Assembly: GCA_963777505.1 (NCBI GenBank)
Contig: CAVZQN010000008.1
Location: 448,001-512,000, forward strand
Direction of reading: 5' to 3'
DNA: 64,000 bases
Source: an uncultured bacterium
GTDB taxonomy: Bacteria > Acidobacteriota > HRBIN11 > JAKEFK01
Shown here in pieces: positions 22,165 to 32,658 of the stretch (within the stretch, counting starts at the first letter, position 1; each line of letters begins with the position of its first letter). Below the pieces are notes generated by a model. The model saw only the letters and a list, made by a program, of their open reading frames with translations, ran no database searches and had not been told where the DNA came from. The translations under genes were made by a program, and so were the position numbers.

Positions 22165-23395
22165 TTATTTCATGGCATACAAAGTCAATGATTTCTGGTC
22201 TTTGATCACGATTTCGTTATCAGCAACAGCCGGATGCGCCCAGGTCGGACTCTTTGCAACAGTATACTTTTTCAAAACCTCATACTTTTTTTCAGTAGCA
22301 TTCGCAATTGTTAAGTCTGCATTGTTGCTTAGAAAAAGAATTTGAGGTCCTGCATTGATAATTGAAGCATTATCACCTTCTGCTCCATTACTTGTCCATT
22401 GAGTTTGTCCGGTACGCGCATCGAGACAAAAATATTGACCTTTTCTGTAATGTGACATGCCGTAAAGAAAATCGCCAACGAGCACTGGAGAACTCATATA
22501 CATGGATGCTTTTTCATTTTGCCAAACAGTTTCTGGTACGAACTTGCCTTCTTTTTTTGCAACACGGACTGCAAAGGCACCCTTATCGATTCCTGAAAAA
22601 ATCAAAAGGTCCTTATACAAAACTGGAGTAACAATGTTCTGTTCGTAGTCTGTTGTAAAAGGAAGCTTCCACAAAAGTTCGCCATTCGATTCAGCAATTC
22701 CTACGATATTTTTTTGTGTTTGTGTAACAACCTGACGAGTACCATTGAGGTTAACAATAATCGGTGATGAATATCCTGCGCCATCGTCTGTCCAGCGCCA
22801 TTTCACATCACCTTTGACAGCATCCATTGCGAACAGTGCACCTTTACCAGGGCCACCCGCGTGAACAATCAGCAACCCTTGATCAACGATCGGCGACATC
22901 GCATTTCCAAAATCAGGTGAAGTTACAGGGAACTCTTTTTTGAAATCGTTACGCCATACAGAGCTTTCCTGCTGACGCGTCATAGCAGGAAAGTACACCG
23001 CTGATTCCAAGCGTATACAACTTTCCATTCGCAACAACAGGAGTTGATTTAGGACCTTTTCCATGAGGAATTGCTGCAGGATTCATCTCATAAGGCGCAT
23101 CATAAGAATCTTTCCAGATCAATTTCCCGGTTGCCATGTCGTAAGCAGCGACCACTTCCTGCTCAGCTACACGTGAGATCAAAAAAACTTTGGTTCCGGA
23201 AATCACAGGAGAGGAATGACCAATTCCAACTTCCACGTTCCAAACTTGTTTGAGCTGATCCGGAAGTTTTTCAGGCACTTTAAACGTTGAAAAAGAACCA
23301 TCTCGATTTGGACCTCTCCACTGATTCCAATCAGCTGCTCCAGCAATGTCCGAAAGGCACATTAAAAGAATGAAAACGAAGATGGCAAGCTTCAT
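22165..23395 (-). CDS. PQQ-like (BamB-type) beta-propeller protein; +1 frameshift near 22960
   Basis: DWNQWRGPNRDG, GHSSPV, GPKSTP, YSSP, TWAHPAV. Repair gives GKLVWRNDF. Confidence 0.85.
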
Positions 23396-23459
23396 TGTTC
23401 CTCCATGGATAAGACAATTCTGCACGTTTCGGCCGGCCTTTTTTAGAAATCCCGCCAAC

Positions 23460-23488
23460 TTTACAACCCCATCAGAAAAAGCTACATT
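23460..23488 (+). promoter_or_regulatory. Sigma70 promoter of the tRNA
   Basis: TTTACA, 17 bp, TACATT, 14 nt before the tRNA. Confidence 0.6.
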
Positions 23489-23502
23489 AGTGATTCTATT
23501 TC

Positions 23503-23589
23503 GGAGGGATGGCCGAGTGGCTTAAGGCGGCGGTCTTGAAAACCGCTGGGGGTGCAAGCTCCCCGTGGGTTCAAATCCTACTCCCTCCG
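23503..23589 (+). tRNA. tRNA-Ser (TGA), CCA not encoded
   Basis: GGAGGGATGGCCGAGTGGCTTAAGGCG-GCGGT-CTTGAAA-ACCGC, variable arm, GTGGGTTCAAATCCTAC-TCCCTCCG. Confidence 0.95.
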
Positions 23590-23638
23590 CTCATCATATT
23601 AACCTTTGCCTTCATTATTAATTCTCCAACGCTGAGCT

Positions 23639-24601
23639 CTACTCCTTCGCCTCAATTGCTTTCTCACGAATGACCTCGCGCGGATGTTTATCTTCACGAA
23701 GTCCTAAAAAGCTTGGATGGCGCAATTTGTTGTCCGGAGTCCATTCCATAAATGCGATTTGTGCCACCAGTTTTGGTTTCACCCAGTGAACATTTTTTTT
23801 AGGAAGCCCGATCCCTTTTACAAGTGGAGTTGGCCGCTCAATCGAAGATAACGTTTTGTTGAGCATTTGAAGAGTTTGAGTTGTAAAGCCAGTTCCAACT
23901 TTGCCCGCATAGATCAATTCATTATCTGAATAATATCCAACCAACAATGCACCGAAAGCTTCGCGCACACCTTGTGGATCTGTATAGCCAACGATTACAA
24001 ATTCTTGCTGAAGCGTACATTTGAATTTCAGCCAGTCCCTTGAGCGTCCCGATACGTAGACACCCTCCGCGCGTTTTGCAATGATTCCTTCCCAATTCTT
24101 ACGGCACGCTTCTTCGAAGTATGCTTCACCTTTTCCAACTCTGTGATTCGTAAAACGGATCCGGTTATCATAGTTCAGAGCTTTACGAAGCATTTTCTTT
24201 CTCTCGATCAATGGAACTTGTCTGACATCATAGCCATCCAAATAAAGCAGATCAAAAACGAAATAATAAATAGACATTCTGCGTTGCGTGCGTTGCTGCA
24301 ATTTTGAAAAGCTGCTCAAACCCTTTTCCACCGCGGCGATTTCACCATCGATGATGAAGTTTGACGAAGGCTGCTTCAACAGACGATTTACAATGTCAGG
24401 ATAGGCTTTGTCGAAAGAGAGTTTATTGCGTGAGAGTAAACGAATGTTATTTCCTTTACGGAAGGCAAGAGCTCTAACACCGTCGTACTTCTTTTCAAAA
24501 ATCCAATTCTTGTCTGAAAATCGCTGATCTGTGAGCGTTGCAAGCATCGGGTCGGTCCAGGATGGCTGAGGCCTTCGGATTAGCAAGCTCCTCGAATTCA
24601 T
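23639..24601 (-). CDS. Stand-alone ATP-dependent DNA ligase (LigD ligase domain); start uncertain
   Basis: PMLATL, FEKKYDGVR, IDGEI, FDLL, EGIIAK, WLKFK, LRHPSF.GLREDK. Confidence 0.9.
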   Translation of the reverse strand: MNSRSLLIRRPQPSWTDPMLATLTDQRFSDKNWIFEKKYDGVRALAFRKGNNIRLLSRNKLSFDKAYPDIVNRLLKQPSSNFIIDGEIAAVEKGLSSFSKLQQRTQRRMSIYYFVFDLLYLDGYDVRQVPLIERKKMLRKALNYDNRIRFTNHRVGKGEAYFEEACRKNWEGIIAKRAEGVYVSGRSRDWLKFKCTLQQEFVIVGYTDPQGVREAFGALLVGYYSDNELIYAGKVGTGFTTQTLQMLNKTLSSIERPTPLVKGIGLPKKNVHWVKPKLVAQIAFMEWTPDNKLRHPSFLGLREDKHPREVIREKAIEAKE

Positions 24602-24702
24602 AACCCAATGTCGCACGATATTTGTAGTATTTTGAATGACTTCAAAAGAAACCGATGCCCATGTTACACTAACCATGATTTCACGCAAGGGAGACTCGAA
24701 CC

Positions 24703-25470
24703 ATGAAACATGTTTTTCGCTTTGCGGTGCTTTGCATCCTTACTTCTATAGGCTGTGATGACAATTCGACAACAAGTAATTCAGCCAAAAAATCTTCGGC
24801 TGGTACACCCGAAATAACATCCGGCTCCTCATCCGAAACTGTATCTTCCCCGGCGGCAATTCCGGTTGCGAAATTTTCGATTACTCCGCGCAAAGGGACA
24901 TTGACTACCGATTTTGAATTCGATGCTTCGAATAGTGAGGGGACAATCACTTCCTATAAATGGGATTTTGGCGATGGTACGACAGCAAATGGAAAGACGA
25001 CAGAGCATCGGTTTCAAGACAAAGGACGCTTTCCTGTTAAATTAACCGTAAAGAACGGTTCGGGTTCCAATTCTTTAACGAGAAATGTTCGCGTGAAAGA
25101 GAAAATAGGTGGCGGTGGTGGTGGTGACGGCACAAAATGCCAATATACAAATCCGCCCCGTGACGTTTGGTTTTTTAAAGTAATCTCAAACGATCCGGTT
25201 GCAAGGACAATTATTGCGGAATTCCAACAGCCTGTCGGATGCGACGACGTATTTTATTTATGTGGTGATGTACGCATTGGAGGCATCGAACCCGGAGAAC
25301 GCGAATTCTGGATCGGAACTATATGCGAAATGTGGAGCCTTGGTAACAATCGATTCAGAATTCATTTAGTTGACGGACGTTACTGGGTAGAGAATGGTGA
25401 GTCCGGAACGTATGTCTGGCCGCAATATGATTGCAATCCTAGCGTGGCGTGCGACAATTTTGGGTATTAG
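24703..25470 (+). CDS. Lipoprotein with a PKD domain and a Cys-rich C-terminal domain
   Basis: Lipobox-like LTSIGC; FDASNS..YKWDFGDG; Gly linker; six Cys in the last domain. Confidence 0.8.
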   Translation: MKHVFRFAVLCILTSIGCDDNSTTSNSAKKSSAGTPEITSGSSSETVSSPAAIPVAKFSITPRKGTLTTDFEFDASNSEGTITSYKWDFGDGTTANGKTTEHRFQDKGRFPVKLTVKNGSGSNSLTRNVRVKEKIGGGGGGDGTKCQYTNPPRDVWFFKVISNDPVARTIIAEFQQPVGCDDVFYLCGDVRIGGIEPGEREFWIGTICEMWSLGNNRFRIHLVDGRYWVENGESGTYVWPQYDCNPSVACDNFGY

Positions 25471-26435
25471 TTAGATACTGGCTTAGTCTGAGTTTGCGGC
25501 TGTTTCTTTACGCCGGGTTTCTGTTTTGGATGGTTCGCAAAGAACTCCCAAATCGCATCCGTTGCGGAAATTTCCTTCGTAGGCTCATCCGCCCAGAAAG
25601 CCCACTTTACACTTCCAGGCCATGTATGCCCTTCATCTTGAATTGTAATTACGCTTACACCTGAGCCATTTGTGCATCCCTCATAGGATTCCCGCGTTAT
25701 TTTTCCGCGACTCTCTTTTTTTGGTGCCTGCAAACATCGATTATGTGTGGTCCAAAATGCAACGGCATCCTTTACAGAAGTATCAGTTCTCTCATGTCTA
25801 TCCACCTGACGCTTTGGAATTCCACCATTGTAAAGTACATGCTGATCATCAGTTCCATGAAAGATAATAACGGATACCGGATGGGCTGGAGTGCAAGGCT
25901 GATAATTGAACGCTCCGGCAACAGGTCCAATTGCTGCTATCTTGTCTGATAATTCGCAGGCTACACGGTATGACATCATCGCTCCATTCGATAGCCCTGT
26001 AACAAACACTTTTGAATCATCTATTTTCATTTCTGTTTGAATTGCTTCAATTAAACGACGAATAAAATCTGTATCATCTGAATTATCATCCTGAGCATAT
26101 CCGCAACAATTTCCGCTGTTCCATGTAAGAAAACGGCTTTCAAACCGGCCGGTGCCTGCCGGATAAACCACGATAAACTTTTCGGCATCAGCCTTCTTAT
26201 TAAAATTTGTAATTCTGGCCATCCCTTCCGGTGCCCCTCCGCCCCCATGAAGAACAATCACTAGCGGAAGTGCCTCAAGGTTGTTGTAGTTTGCAGGTGT
26301 ATGGATCAGATATTTTCTGGTCTTACCTGCATACTGGAGTGTTTTTTCCTGTCCAAAATTATTTTGCGATCGAACATCTGCAAGAATAAAAATTGAAAGA
26401 GTTGTGAGCAGGATTGCAATTCTTAATTGGGTCAT
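25467..26435 (-). CDS. PHB depolymerase/LpqC-family esterase
   Basis: LHGGGG, WNSGNCCG, GLSNGAMM, HGTDD, GHTWPG. Confidence 0.9.
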   Translation of the reverse strand: MTQLRIAILLTTLSIFILADVRSQNNFGQEKTLQYAGKTRKYLIHTPANYNNLEALPLVIVLHGGGGAPEGMARITNFNKKADAEKFIVVYPAGTGRFESRFLTWNSGNCCGYAQDDNSDDTDFIRRLIEAIQTEMKIDDSKVFVTGLSNGAMMSYRVACELSDKIAAIGPVAGAFNYQPCTPAHPVSVIIFHGTDDQHVLYNGGIPKRQVDRHERTDTSVKDAVAFWTTHNRCLQAPKKESRGKITRESYEGCTNGSGVSVITIQDEGHTWPGSVKWAFWADEPTKEISATDAIWEFFANHPKQKPGVKKQPQTQTKPVSN

Positions 26436-26489
26436 CTTTGGACCATATATAGTATGACCCAAAATAATTACAGAAGTTACACCTAAAGC

Positions 26490-27137
26490 TTATGCAAAGA
26501 GGTCATTCGCAAGGGCATAGCGAACAAGCTCTGCTTCATTTCGAAATCCTAATTTATCTACGAGACGGCTCCGGTAGGTTTTAACTGTGTTTGGGCTTAG
26601 TCCCAGTGATTCTGAAATCTCGACAGTGCTTCTGCCCTTTGCTAGATGTATCAACACTTCTTTTTCACGGCTGGACAATGATCGCTGTGAGTACTTTCCT
26701 TTTGAAAGCAAACTTTGGTATTGCTCTTTCCAGTCATCTTCACCATAAATCTGCCCTAAGTTAACGTGCCGAATCGCACGAAAGAGCTGCTCAGGCTCAC
26801 AATCTTTTTGAATGAATCCCTGGGCTCCTGCAGAAAAGCACTGTGCTGCATATTGTGTCCCGGAATGAACAGTCAGGACAATGATGCGGGGTTTTTCCGG
26901 AAACTTTTTTCTTACATCAGAAAGAATTTCCAACGAACTGCGTTCACGAAACGCCAGATCCAACAGTAATATGTCAACCGGAAGCGATCGGGACAACGTT
27001 ACTATGACTTGATCGAGTTCACCAGTTTCGGCAACCAGTTCTAGATCTGGCGCGCGCAAAAAGACTTGCTTTAATCCTTCCCGGATTAATACATGATCGT
27101 CTGCAATCATAATGCGGATCTGTTTCTTTTCGGCCAT
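26490..27137 (-). CDS. NarL/LuxR-family response regulator
   Basis: ADDH receiver domain with LLLD; LSSREKEVL..LSPNTVKTYRSR. Confidence 0.95.
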   Translation of the reverse strand: MAEKKQIRIMIADDHVLIREGLKQVFLRAPDLELVAETGELDQVIVTLSRSLPVDILLLDLAFRERSSLEILSDVRKKFPEKPRIIVLTVHSGTQYAAQCFSAGAQGFIQKDCEPEQLFRAIRHVNLGQIYGEDDWKEQYQSLLSKGKYSQRSLSSREKEVLIHLAKGRSTVEISESLGLSPNTVKTYRSRLVDKLGFRNEAELVRYALANDLFA

Positions 27138-27203
27138 AACATAAAACGTGATGATCTAGCTTCGGTTATCGATTTTTAGATGCTACGAAGTTAACCAATC
27201 GGA

Positions 27204-27830
27204 TCAAATATTTTTTGTCGTTGTAAGCTTTTCCCAGAATTGATCCACTTCGCGTTCAGCATCTATTCGCTGCATTGAATAACGTTCCTGCAAACGCTGA
27301 ATCAAATTTTCACGATCCCCAAAGACTCCTTCAAGATCATCTTCAATTAGACGACCCCACCGATTTCTTAAGGCGGTTTTAAATTCACGCCAGCTTTGCG
27401 GGTATGAGGGCTTGGAAATATCAGCTACAACCTGGCCTGTTTTTTCAGGATCTTTTAATCGCAGAGCAATATCGCTTTGAGATACAACTCCGACGATTCC
27501 ATTATCATCAGCGATGACTGGAATTCTGCGTATTTGATGAGACTTCATCGAATCAAGAACTTCTTCGAGATTGTCTGCTTCACAACATGTAATCACATTG
27601 CGGGTCATGACTTCTTCTACTTTTGTTTTTCGTGGTTGAAGTCCTTGACCAACAACTAGCAACGCTAAATCTCTATCTGTTACAACACCAAGCAAATGGG
27701 GCGATCGTTCATCATCGACTACTGGAATCATTCCAACATCCTGTATTCTCATGAGCCGTGCAGCAATATCAACAGTATCTTGTGGTAAACAACATGCTGG
27801 GTCGGGAGTCATGACTTGGCTTACTTTCAT
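27204..27830 (-). CDS. CBS-pair protein fused to a C-terminal CsbD/YjbJ domain
   Basis: VMTPDP..GVVTDRDL..QIRRIPV..GVVSQSDIA; tail WREFK..RWGRLIEDDL..GDRENLIQRLQERY. Confidence 0.85.
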   Translation of the reverse strand: MKVSQVMTPDPACCLPQDTVDIAARLMRIQDVGMIPVVDDERSPHLLGVVTDRDLALLVVGQGLQPRKTKVEEVMTRNVITCCEADNLEEVLDSMKSHQIRRIPVIADDNGIVGVVSQSDIALRLKDPEKTGQVVADISKPSYPQSWREFKTALRNRWGRLIEDDLEGVFGDRENLIQRLQERYSMQRIDAEREVDQFWEKLTTTKNI

Positions 27831-28154
27831 AAAACCTCCAAATAATTTCTTTCCTGAATTGAACTTAGGGCTCACGCCTCATTCCACCACCACAGATTTC
27901 ATTTGTTCTCTGTAGCCATCAAGCGACACACCACTTTATTTGTCATTTGAATGTTCGCTTAATCTTCGTCACATGCTTTGTAGAACGTTGTGCTACAGAA
28001 ATGAAATATTTTCCCGACTTTAGAACGACATGATCTGCGATACTGCCAAAACTTATTGAACCGTACCTTAACAAATGATCATTTGATCATTGCTTTACTG
28101 GCTAGACTGCCACTCGCAGTCGAAGCAAGGATCTTAAAAATTGGAGGATCAATA

Positions 28155-28805
28155 ATGAAAAAATTAATGGGATCGTGCATTTTTGTACTTTGTTTAGCTC
28201 TTTCTGCATTCGCAGGATGCAGTGACAATGATTCAAGGGCGGAATCAAAGGATACGCCCGCAATTGGAGCTGATGCCAAGCGTGGTGATATTGAAATTAC
28301 CACAGAAATAAAAGCCAAAGTAACCGACGACGAACTGTTAGATGGCACGGATGTTTCTGTTGATACGAACAACGGTGTTGTGAATCTAACCGGTAGTGTA
28401 CACAATGAACCGCAAGTACAGCGTGCGGTCGAACTTGCGAAAAATACAACCGGCGTTCTTTCAGTAAATAATCAATTAAGAATTGAGGCAGACAAACCGA
28501 TAGGCGAAAGTCTTAAGGAGCAGTCGAAAGAAACCGGCAAAGATATAAAAGAAACAACCGAAAATATCGCTAGCGACACAAAAGAAGCAGTGGGTGATGC
28601 GCGTATTACTTCAGAAGCAAAACTGAAGTTCGCTGCAGATGATACGGTTAAAGCACTCAACATCGATGTGGACACCAATAATGGCGTTGTGACGCTTCGC
28701 GGAACTGTGAATTCCAAAGCGGAATTAAATCAGGCAGTCAGCTTGGCGAAATCGGTCGATGGAGTGAAAAAAGTAATTTCTGAACTAGAGATCGTTAATC
28801 AATAA
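28155..28805 (+). CDS. Dual-BON domain lipoprotein (OsmY-like)
   Basis: Lipobox FAGC; two D..IT..K..VDTNNGVV.L.G.V repeats; SD GGAGG. Confidence 0.9.
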   Translation: MKKLMGSCIFVLCLALSAFAGCSDNDSRAESKDTPAIGADAKRGDIEITTEIKAKVTDDELLDGTDVSVDTNNGVVNLTGSVHNEPQVQRAVELAKNTTGVLSVNNQLRIEADKPIGESLKEQSKETGKDIKETTENIASDTKEAVGDARITSEAKLKFAADDTVKALNIDVDTNNGVVTLRGTVNSKAELNQAVSLAKSVDGVKKVISELEIVNQ

Positions 28806-28855
28806 ATAGAAGCGGCGGAGTGCGAGGAGTGCAGCCCTTGCATTGCTGCCAAGGG

Positions 28856-28890
28856 GGATCGTGCGGATATTCCGCACGATTCCTTGTTTT
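28856..28890 (+). terminator. Intrinsic terminator between convergent BON and hemQ genes
   Basis: GGATCGTGCGGA-TAT-TCCGCACGATTCC followed by TTGTTTTT. Confidence 0.65.
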
Positions 28891-29709
28891 TTATAGTGCT
28901 GTAGTTCTACCTTCCAGAAATTCACCAAGATTATCAGTTCGGAATTGAAGTCCAATATAAAACGGGCCAAATTCAGCATAAACGGCGCTTGCTTCATCGA
29001 AGCGCATTTCATAAATCAGTTTCTTAAAAGTCAAAGGATCATCCGCAAAAAGATCCACTCCCCATTCCCAATCATCAAATCCAATTGAACCGGAAATGAT
29101 TTGCGTTACGCGTCCGGAATAATGGCGGCCTATAATTCCGTGCTCAATCATCATTTCACTTCTTCGTTGAAAGGCCTCGCTGTACCAGTTTTTTTCTTCT
29201 CCGCGCTTTTTATTCATCGGATAAAAACAAACATATCGGCGCGGTGGAATTTCTGGAAATAGACGGGCATTCATTCGATTGCGCTGCTGAGACAATTCTT
29301 CTTCAAATGCTTGATCGAATTCTGAACTTCCTGGTTTTAAGGATCGTTCCCCAAGCTGTTGGTGTATTTTTGCAGTCATCTCGTACAATCCAAGTTCCAC
29401 TATCGAGACGTAGGAAGTTGTCATCGTGAGAAATTGATTGAGTTTCGTGCGTGCAAAATTCAACTGGCATTGACCAAGTTCATCGAATGTTTTCCGAAAA
29501 TAGATAACCATGAGATCTGCTTTATGTCCCAAAACTTGAACAAGAGCTGTGCGACCTTCAGACGAATCTTGCAATACTCGTTTCGTTTCGTCGGCTATTT
29601 CAGAACGCATTTGGGGCGAGAGCTGCTGTAGATTTTGCCAATCAATGCGATACATATGATGCAATACACTCCAGCCTTCAAGTGTTTCAGGGACAAATGG
29701 ATTATGCAT
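28891..29709 (-). CDS. hemQ: Coproheme decarboxylase / heme-dependent peroxidase
   Basis: TLEGWSVLH, GHKADL, SYVSIVEL, CFYPMNKKR..NWY, EHG, GSIGFDDWEWGV, YEMRFDEASAVYAEFGPF. Confidence 0.9.
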   Translation of the reverse strand: MHNPFVPETLEGWSVLHHMYRIDWQNLQQLSPQMRSEIADETKRVLQDSSEGRTALVQVLGHKADLMVIYFRKTFDELGQCQLNFARTKLNQFLTMTTSYVSIVELGLYEMTAKIHQQLGERSLKPGSSEFDQAFEEELSQQRNRMNARLFPEIPPRRYVCFYPMNKKRGEEKNWYSEAFQRRSEMMIEHGIIGRHYSGRVTQIISGSIGFDDWEWGVDLFADDPLTFKKLIYEMRFDEASAVYAEFGPFYIGLQFRTDNLGEFLEGRTTAL

Positions 29710-29749
29710 GTTCTCATTATAACCTTGGACCAGGACCTTGGCGGTTGAG

Positions 29750-32488
29750 CTAATTACGCTTTTTTACTAATTCATCCAATTCAGAAATAAATTCCGAAAT
29801 TGAAGCAAACCGTTTCGTACGTTCAGGCTCAAGAGCTTTGAAAATCAATTCATCAAGCATTTCTGGCTTTTCATAAATCGGCAAAAGCTCCACCAGCTGT
29901 TTTGGTTTTTGTGAGATATGTTTGACAAGATAACCCTGAGGGGTGGGAGAACTGAATGGGTTTTTTCCAGTAAGCATGTAATAAAAAGTGATACCGAGCG
30001 AATATATGTCGGATCTGGCATCGAGAACTTCATGCTCTTTTAGAAACCCGCATTGTTCCGGGCTTGCATACTGAGGCTTTCCAAGGAATAAATTTGCGCG
30101 TGTATGTGTACCTTCTCGCGCTGATTTCGCGATTCCGAAATCAATTACTTTGATAACTTCTTGTCCCGCTGGATCATGAACAATCATCAAATTATCGGGT
30201 GAAATATCGCGATGTATGATTCCTTTTTCATGAGCAATATTTAAACCTGTTGCCGCATCTCGAACAATTCTGATTGCCTCGCTAACACCAATTCTGCCCA
30301 TGCGCTGAACTCGTTGTTTGGCGCTTTCTCCTTCGATCCACTCAAGCACCATAAATAATTGGTTTCCATCAAGAGAACCGAATTCGAACAATTGCACAAG
30401 ATGTGGATTATGAAGATCAGCCAAAATCCGGGCTTCCTGTATGAAGCGTTCACTGAAAAAAGCATCAGCAAGTTCTGTTTGAATGATTTTAATAGCGCGT
30501 TGTTTATTCAGATAGATATGCTGGGCGCGATATACCATGCTCATTCCGCCCTTTCCAACCATTTCAAGAATGTCGTATTCACGCAGACGTTTTCCAACGA
30601 GCGATTCTTCTTTGGGTGCTTCAGAAGTTTCCTCACCCGGTGAAGGTGAAGTCGGTTGAGTCGGTATATGGGTTTCAGTTGATTCTGGAACAGGAGTCGT
30701 TTCAGGATTTTTTATTTTTTGCAGTTTTTCGAAAACATCCTTGTAGTTCATTTGAACTAGCATGATCCTTTCATATAATTCCTGGGCTTTTTCTTTATTG
30801 CCCAATTTCTCATACACTCCGGCTAAGCGGTAATGAAGATCGACATTCCCCTTCGTTAATGCTTCGCTACCGATTACTTGATTAAACTTCTGCAAAGCCA
30901 GAGATTCCATTCCTTGTTTCGCAAAATATTCACCAAGCATCAAACAGGCTTCACGATATTCCGGTTCCTCATCAGTAATCTGTTGAAGAATCAGTGCAGC
31001 TTCTTCCAATTTACCCTGTCTACCCATGGTGAGGGCTGCGCGATTTTTTTCACCGCTCTTCAGGTAGCATTCTGTTGCTTGATCCAGCATCCCTGCGCTT
31101 TCATAGTACGCGGCCGCTTCAGCATGAAACCCCGCTTTCTCATACAAGGTCGCAGCTCTTGCAGGCTCACTGATTGTTGAATAAATGTCTGCTGCCTTCA
31201 TGAAATTACCGGTTTCTTCATATAACAGTGCAGCTTTATACATATTGGTAGAAAGCTCATAAGCTTCAGCGGCGCGATCGGGCCGATTCGAGGCAACGAA
31301 TAAATCACCTGCCTCAGAGTATCGTTTCGTATGAAAGCAAATATCTGCAAGCATAGCCGGATCTACATCAGGTGCACCGGGCGAAGTCAGCAATTCATAT
31401 GCTTTGTCGTAATATTGCGCGCGATAGTATAACTCCCCAGCTTTGGCACTATTGTTGGTTAACATGAAACACTCCGCAGCTTTTGCGAAGCTTTCTCCTT
31501 GTTCGAAACACCACGCCGCTTTTGAATAATCCTTCAGTCGGTAATAAACGTTTCCGGCAGCAACTCCATATTTCTTCATGTTAACGCGCTGATCTTCTTG
31601 TGATTCATTCGGCGATCGTTCATTGATGGCTCGCATCAACAGCTTGAAATAAATTTCAGCTGCCTTATCAAACTTTTTCGTGCGTACAAGATACGATGCA
31701 GCTTTGTCGGGATAGCCCGATTTCAGTGCAAGATCAGCTGCGCGTTCAATGTCCCCTGATTTTTCGGCCATCTGAACAGCCTTTGGAATGTTTTCCGCTC
31801 TTTCAAAAAGAAGGCTCGCATTTTTATAATCTTCTGCCTTAACGTACATCTCGGCAGCTTTGGCTAAATTTCCTAACTGCGAGAGAGCTTCAGCACATTT
31901 AGCGTAATTGGAGGCATCTTCAAAACACTTCGCGGATTTATCGTATTGCTTTAACCGGAAATACAGACTTCCCGCATTGTTTCCATACTTTTTTATTGCG
32001 TTGTGTACACTTTCAAGAAATTCTCCTTTTGTTCTTTCACGAACATGTTTGATCAGGAGTTTTTCGTAGATTTCGGCGGCGCGTTCATAGTTCTGAACCT
32101 GGTTGTAGTATTGTCCCGCTTTATCCAATTGATTCGCTTGCTCAGCCATCATCGCTGCTCTGGCGAAGTCGTTTGACTTTACTGCCATATCGGCAGCACG
32201 CGCGAAATCTCCGGATTTCTCAAAAGTGAGACTTGCGTTTCTGAAGTCTTCTACACGGAGGTATAAAGTGGCCGCCTTGTCGAAGATGCTGGCTTGCGCA
32301 TAATATTGGGCGGCTCGTCGTATATCGTCATTTTTCTCGAGCAGACGGGCTGCGACTGCATAGTGGCCACCTGTTGTATAACTATCGATGGCCGACTGAA
32401 CATCGCCAGCCAGAGCGTAATAATCTCCGGCTTTTTGATAATCCCCCTCGTTTAGAGCCTTTCGAGCCTCTTTAAAATAGTCTGGCAT
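29750..32488 (-). CDS. Cytoplasmic Ser/Thr kinase with a long N-terminal TPR/SNAP-like solenoid
   Basis: Many KAA.xYE.AG repeats, a P/T/E-rich linker, and kinase motifs GKGGMS.VY, AIK, HRDISPDN, DFG, YASPEQ. Confidence 0.9.
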   Translation of the reverse strand: MPDYFKEARKALNEGDYQKAGDYYALAGDVQSAIDSYTTGGHYAVAARLLEKNDDIRRAAQYYAQASIFDKAATLYLRVEDFRNASLTFEKSGDFARAADMAVKSNDFARAAMMAEQANQLDKAGQYYNQVQNYERAAEIYEKLLIKHVRERTKGEFLESVHNAIKKYGNNAGSLYFRLKQYDKSAKCFEDASNYAKCAEALSQLGNLAKAAEMYVKAEDYKNASLLFERAENIPKAVQMAEKSGDIERAADLALKSGYPDKAASYLVRTKKFDKAAEIYFKLLMRAINERSPNESQEDQRVNMKKYGVAAGNVYYRLKDYSKAAWCFEQGESFAKAAECFMLTNNSAKAGELYYRAQYYDKAYELLTSPGAPDVDPAMLADICFHTKRYSEAGDLFVASNRPDRAAEAYELSTNMYKAALLYEETGNFMKAADIYSTISEPARAATLYEKAGFHAEAAAYYESAGMLDQATECYLKSGEKNRAALTMGRQGKLEEAALILQQITDEEPEYREACLMLGEYFAKQGMESLALQKFNQVIGSEALTKGNVDLHYRLAGVYEKLGNKEKAQELYERIMLVQMNYKDVFEKLQKIKNPETTPVPESTETHIPTQPTSPSPGEETSEAPKEESLVGKRLREYDILEMVGKGGMSMVYRAQHIYLNKQRAIKIIQTELADAFFSERFIQEARILADLHNPHLVQLFEFGSLDGNQLFMVLEWIEGESAKQRVQRMGRIGVSEAIRIVRDAATGLNIAHEKGIIHRDISPDNLMIVHDPAGQEVIKVIDFGIAKSAREGTHTRANLFLGKPQYASPEQCGFLKEHEVLDARSDIYSLGITFYYMLTGKNPFSSPTPQGYLVKHISQKPKQLVELLPIYEKPEMLDELIFKALEPERTKRFASISEFISELDELVKKRN

Positions 32489-32658
32489 TGCTAGCTAACC
32501 TGAGTATGATACCAGACATTCCTCCCCCATGGCACCCGATTAAATCACGATTCGGCAATGACACAGATTCTGAGGAATAGGATGACGAAGGGGTGCAGGG
32601 GAGAAAAGAAGCCGATAACATAATGGCGTAATTATCATTATGGGCTAAGCTTAATTTT

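Noticed and set aside
23570-23589. tRNA 3' ends as island attachment sites
   Set aside because: I found no duplicated tRNA 3' end. A short AATCCTACTCC match near 44080 lies inside treY on the other side of the junction and is chance-level.
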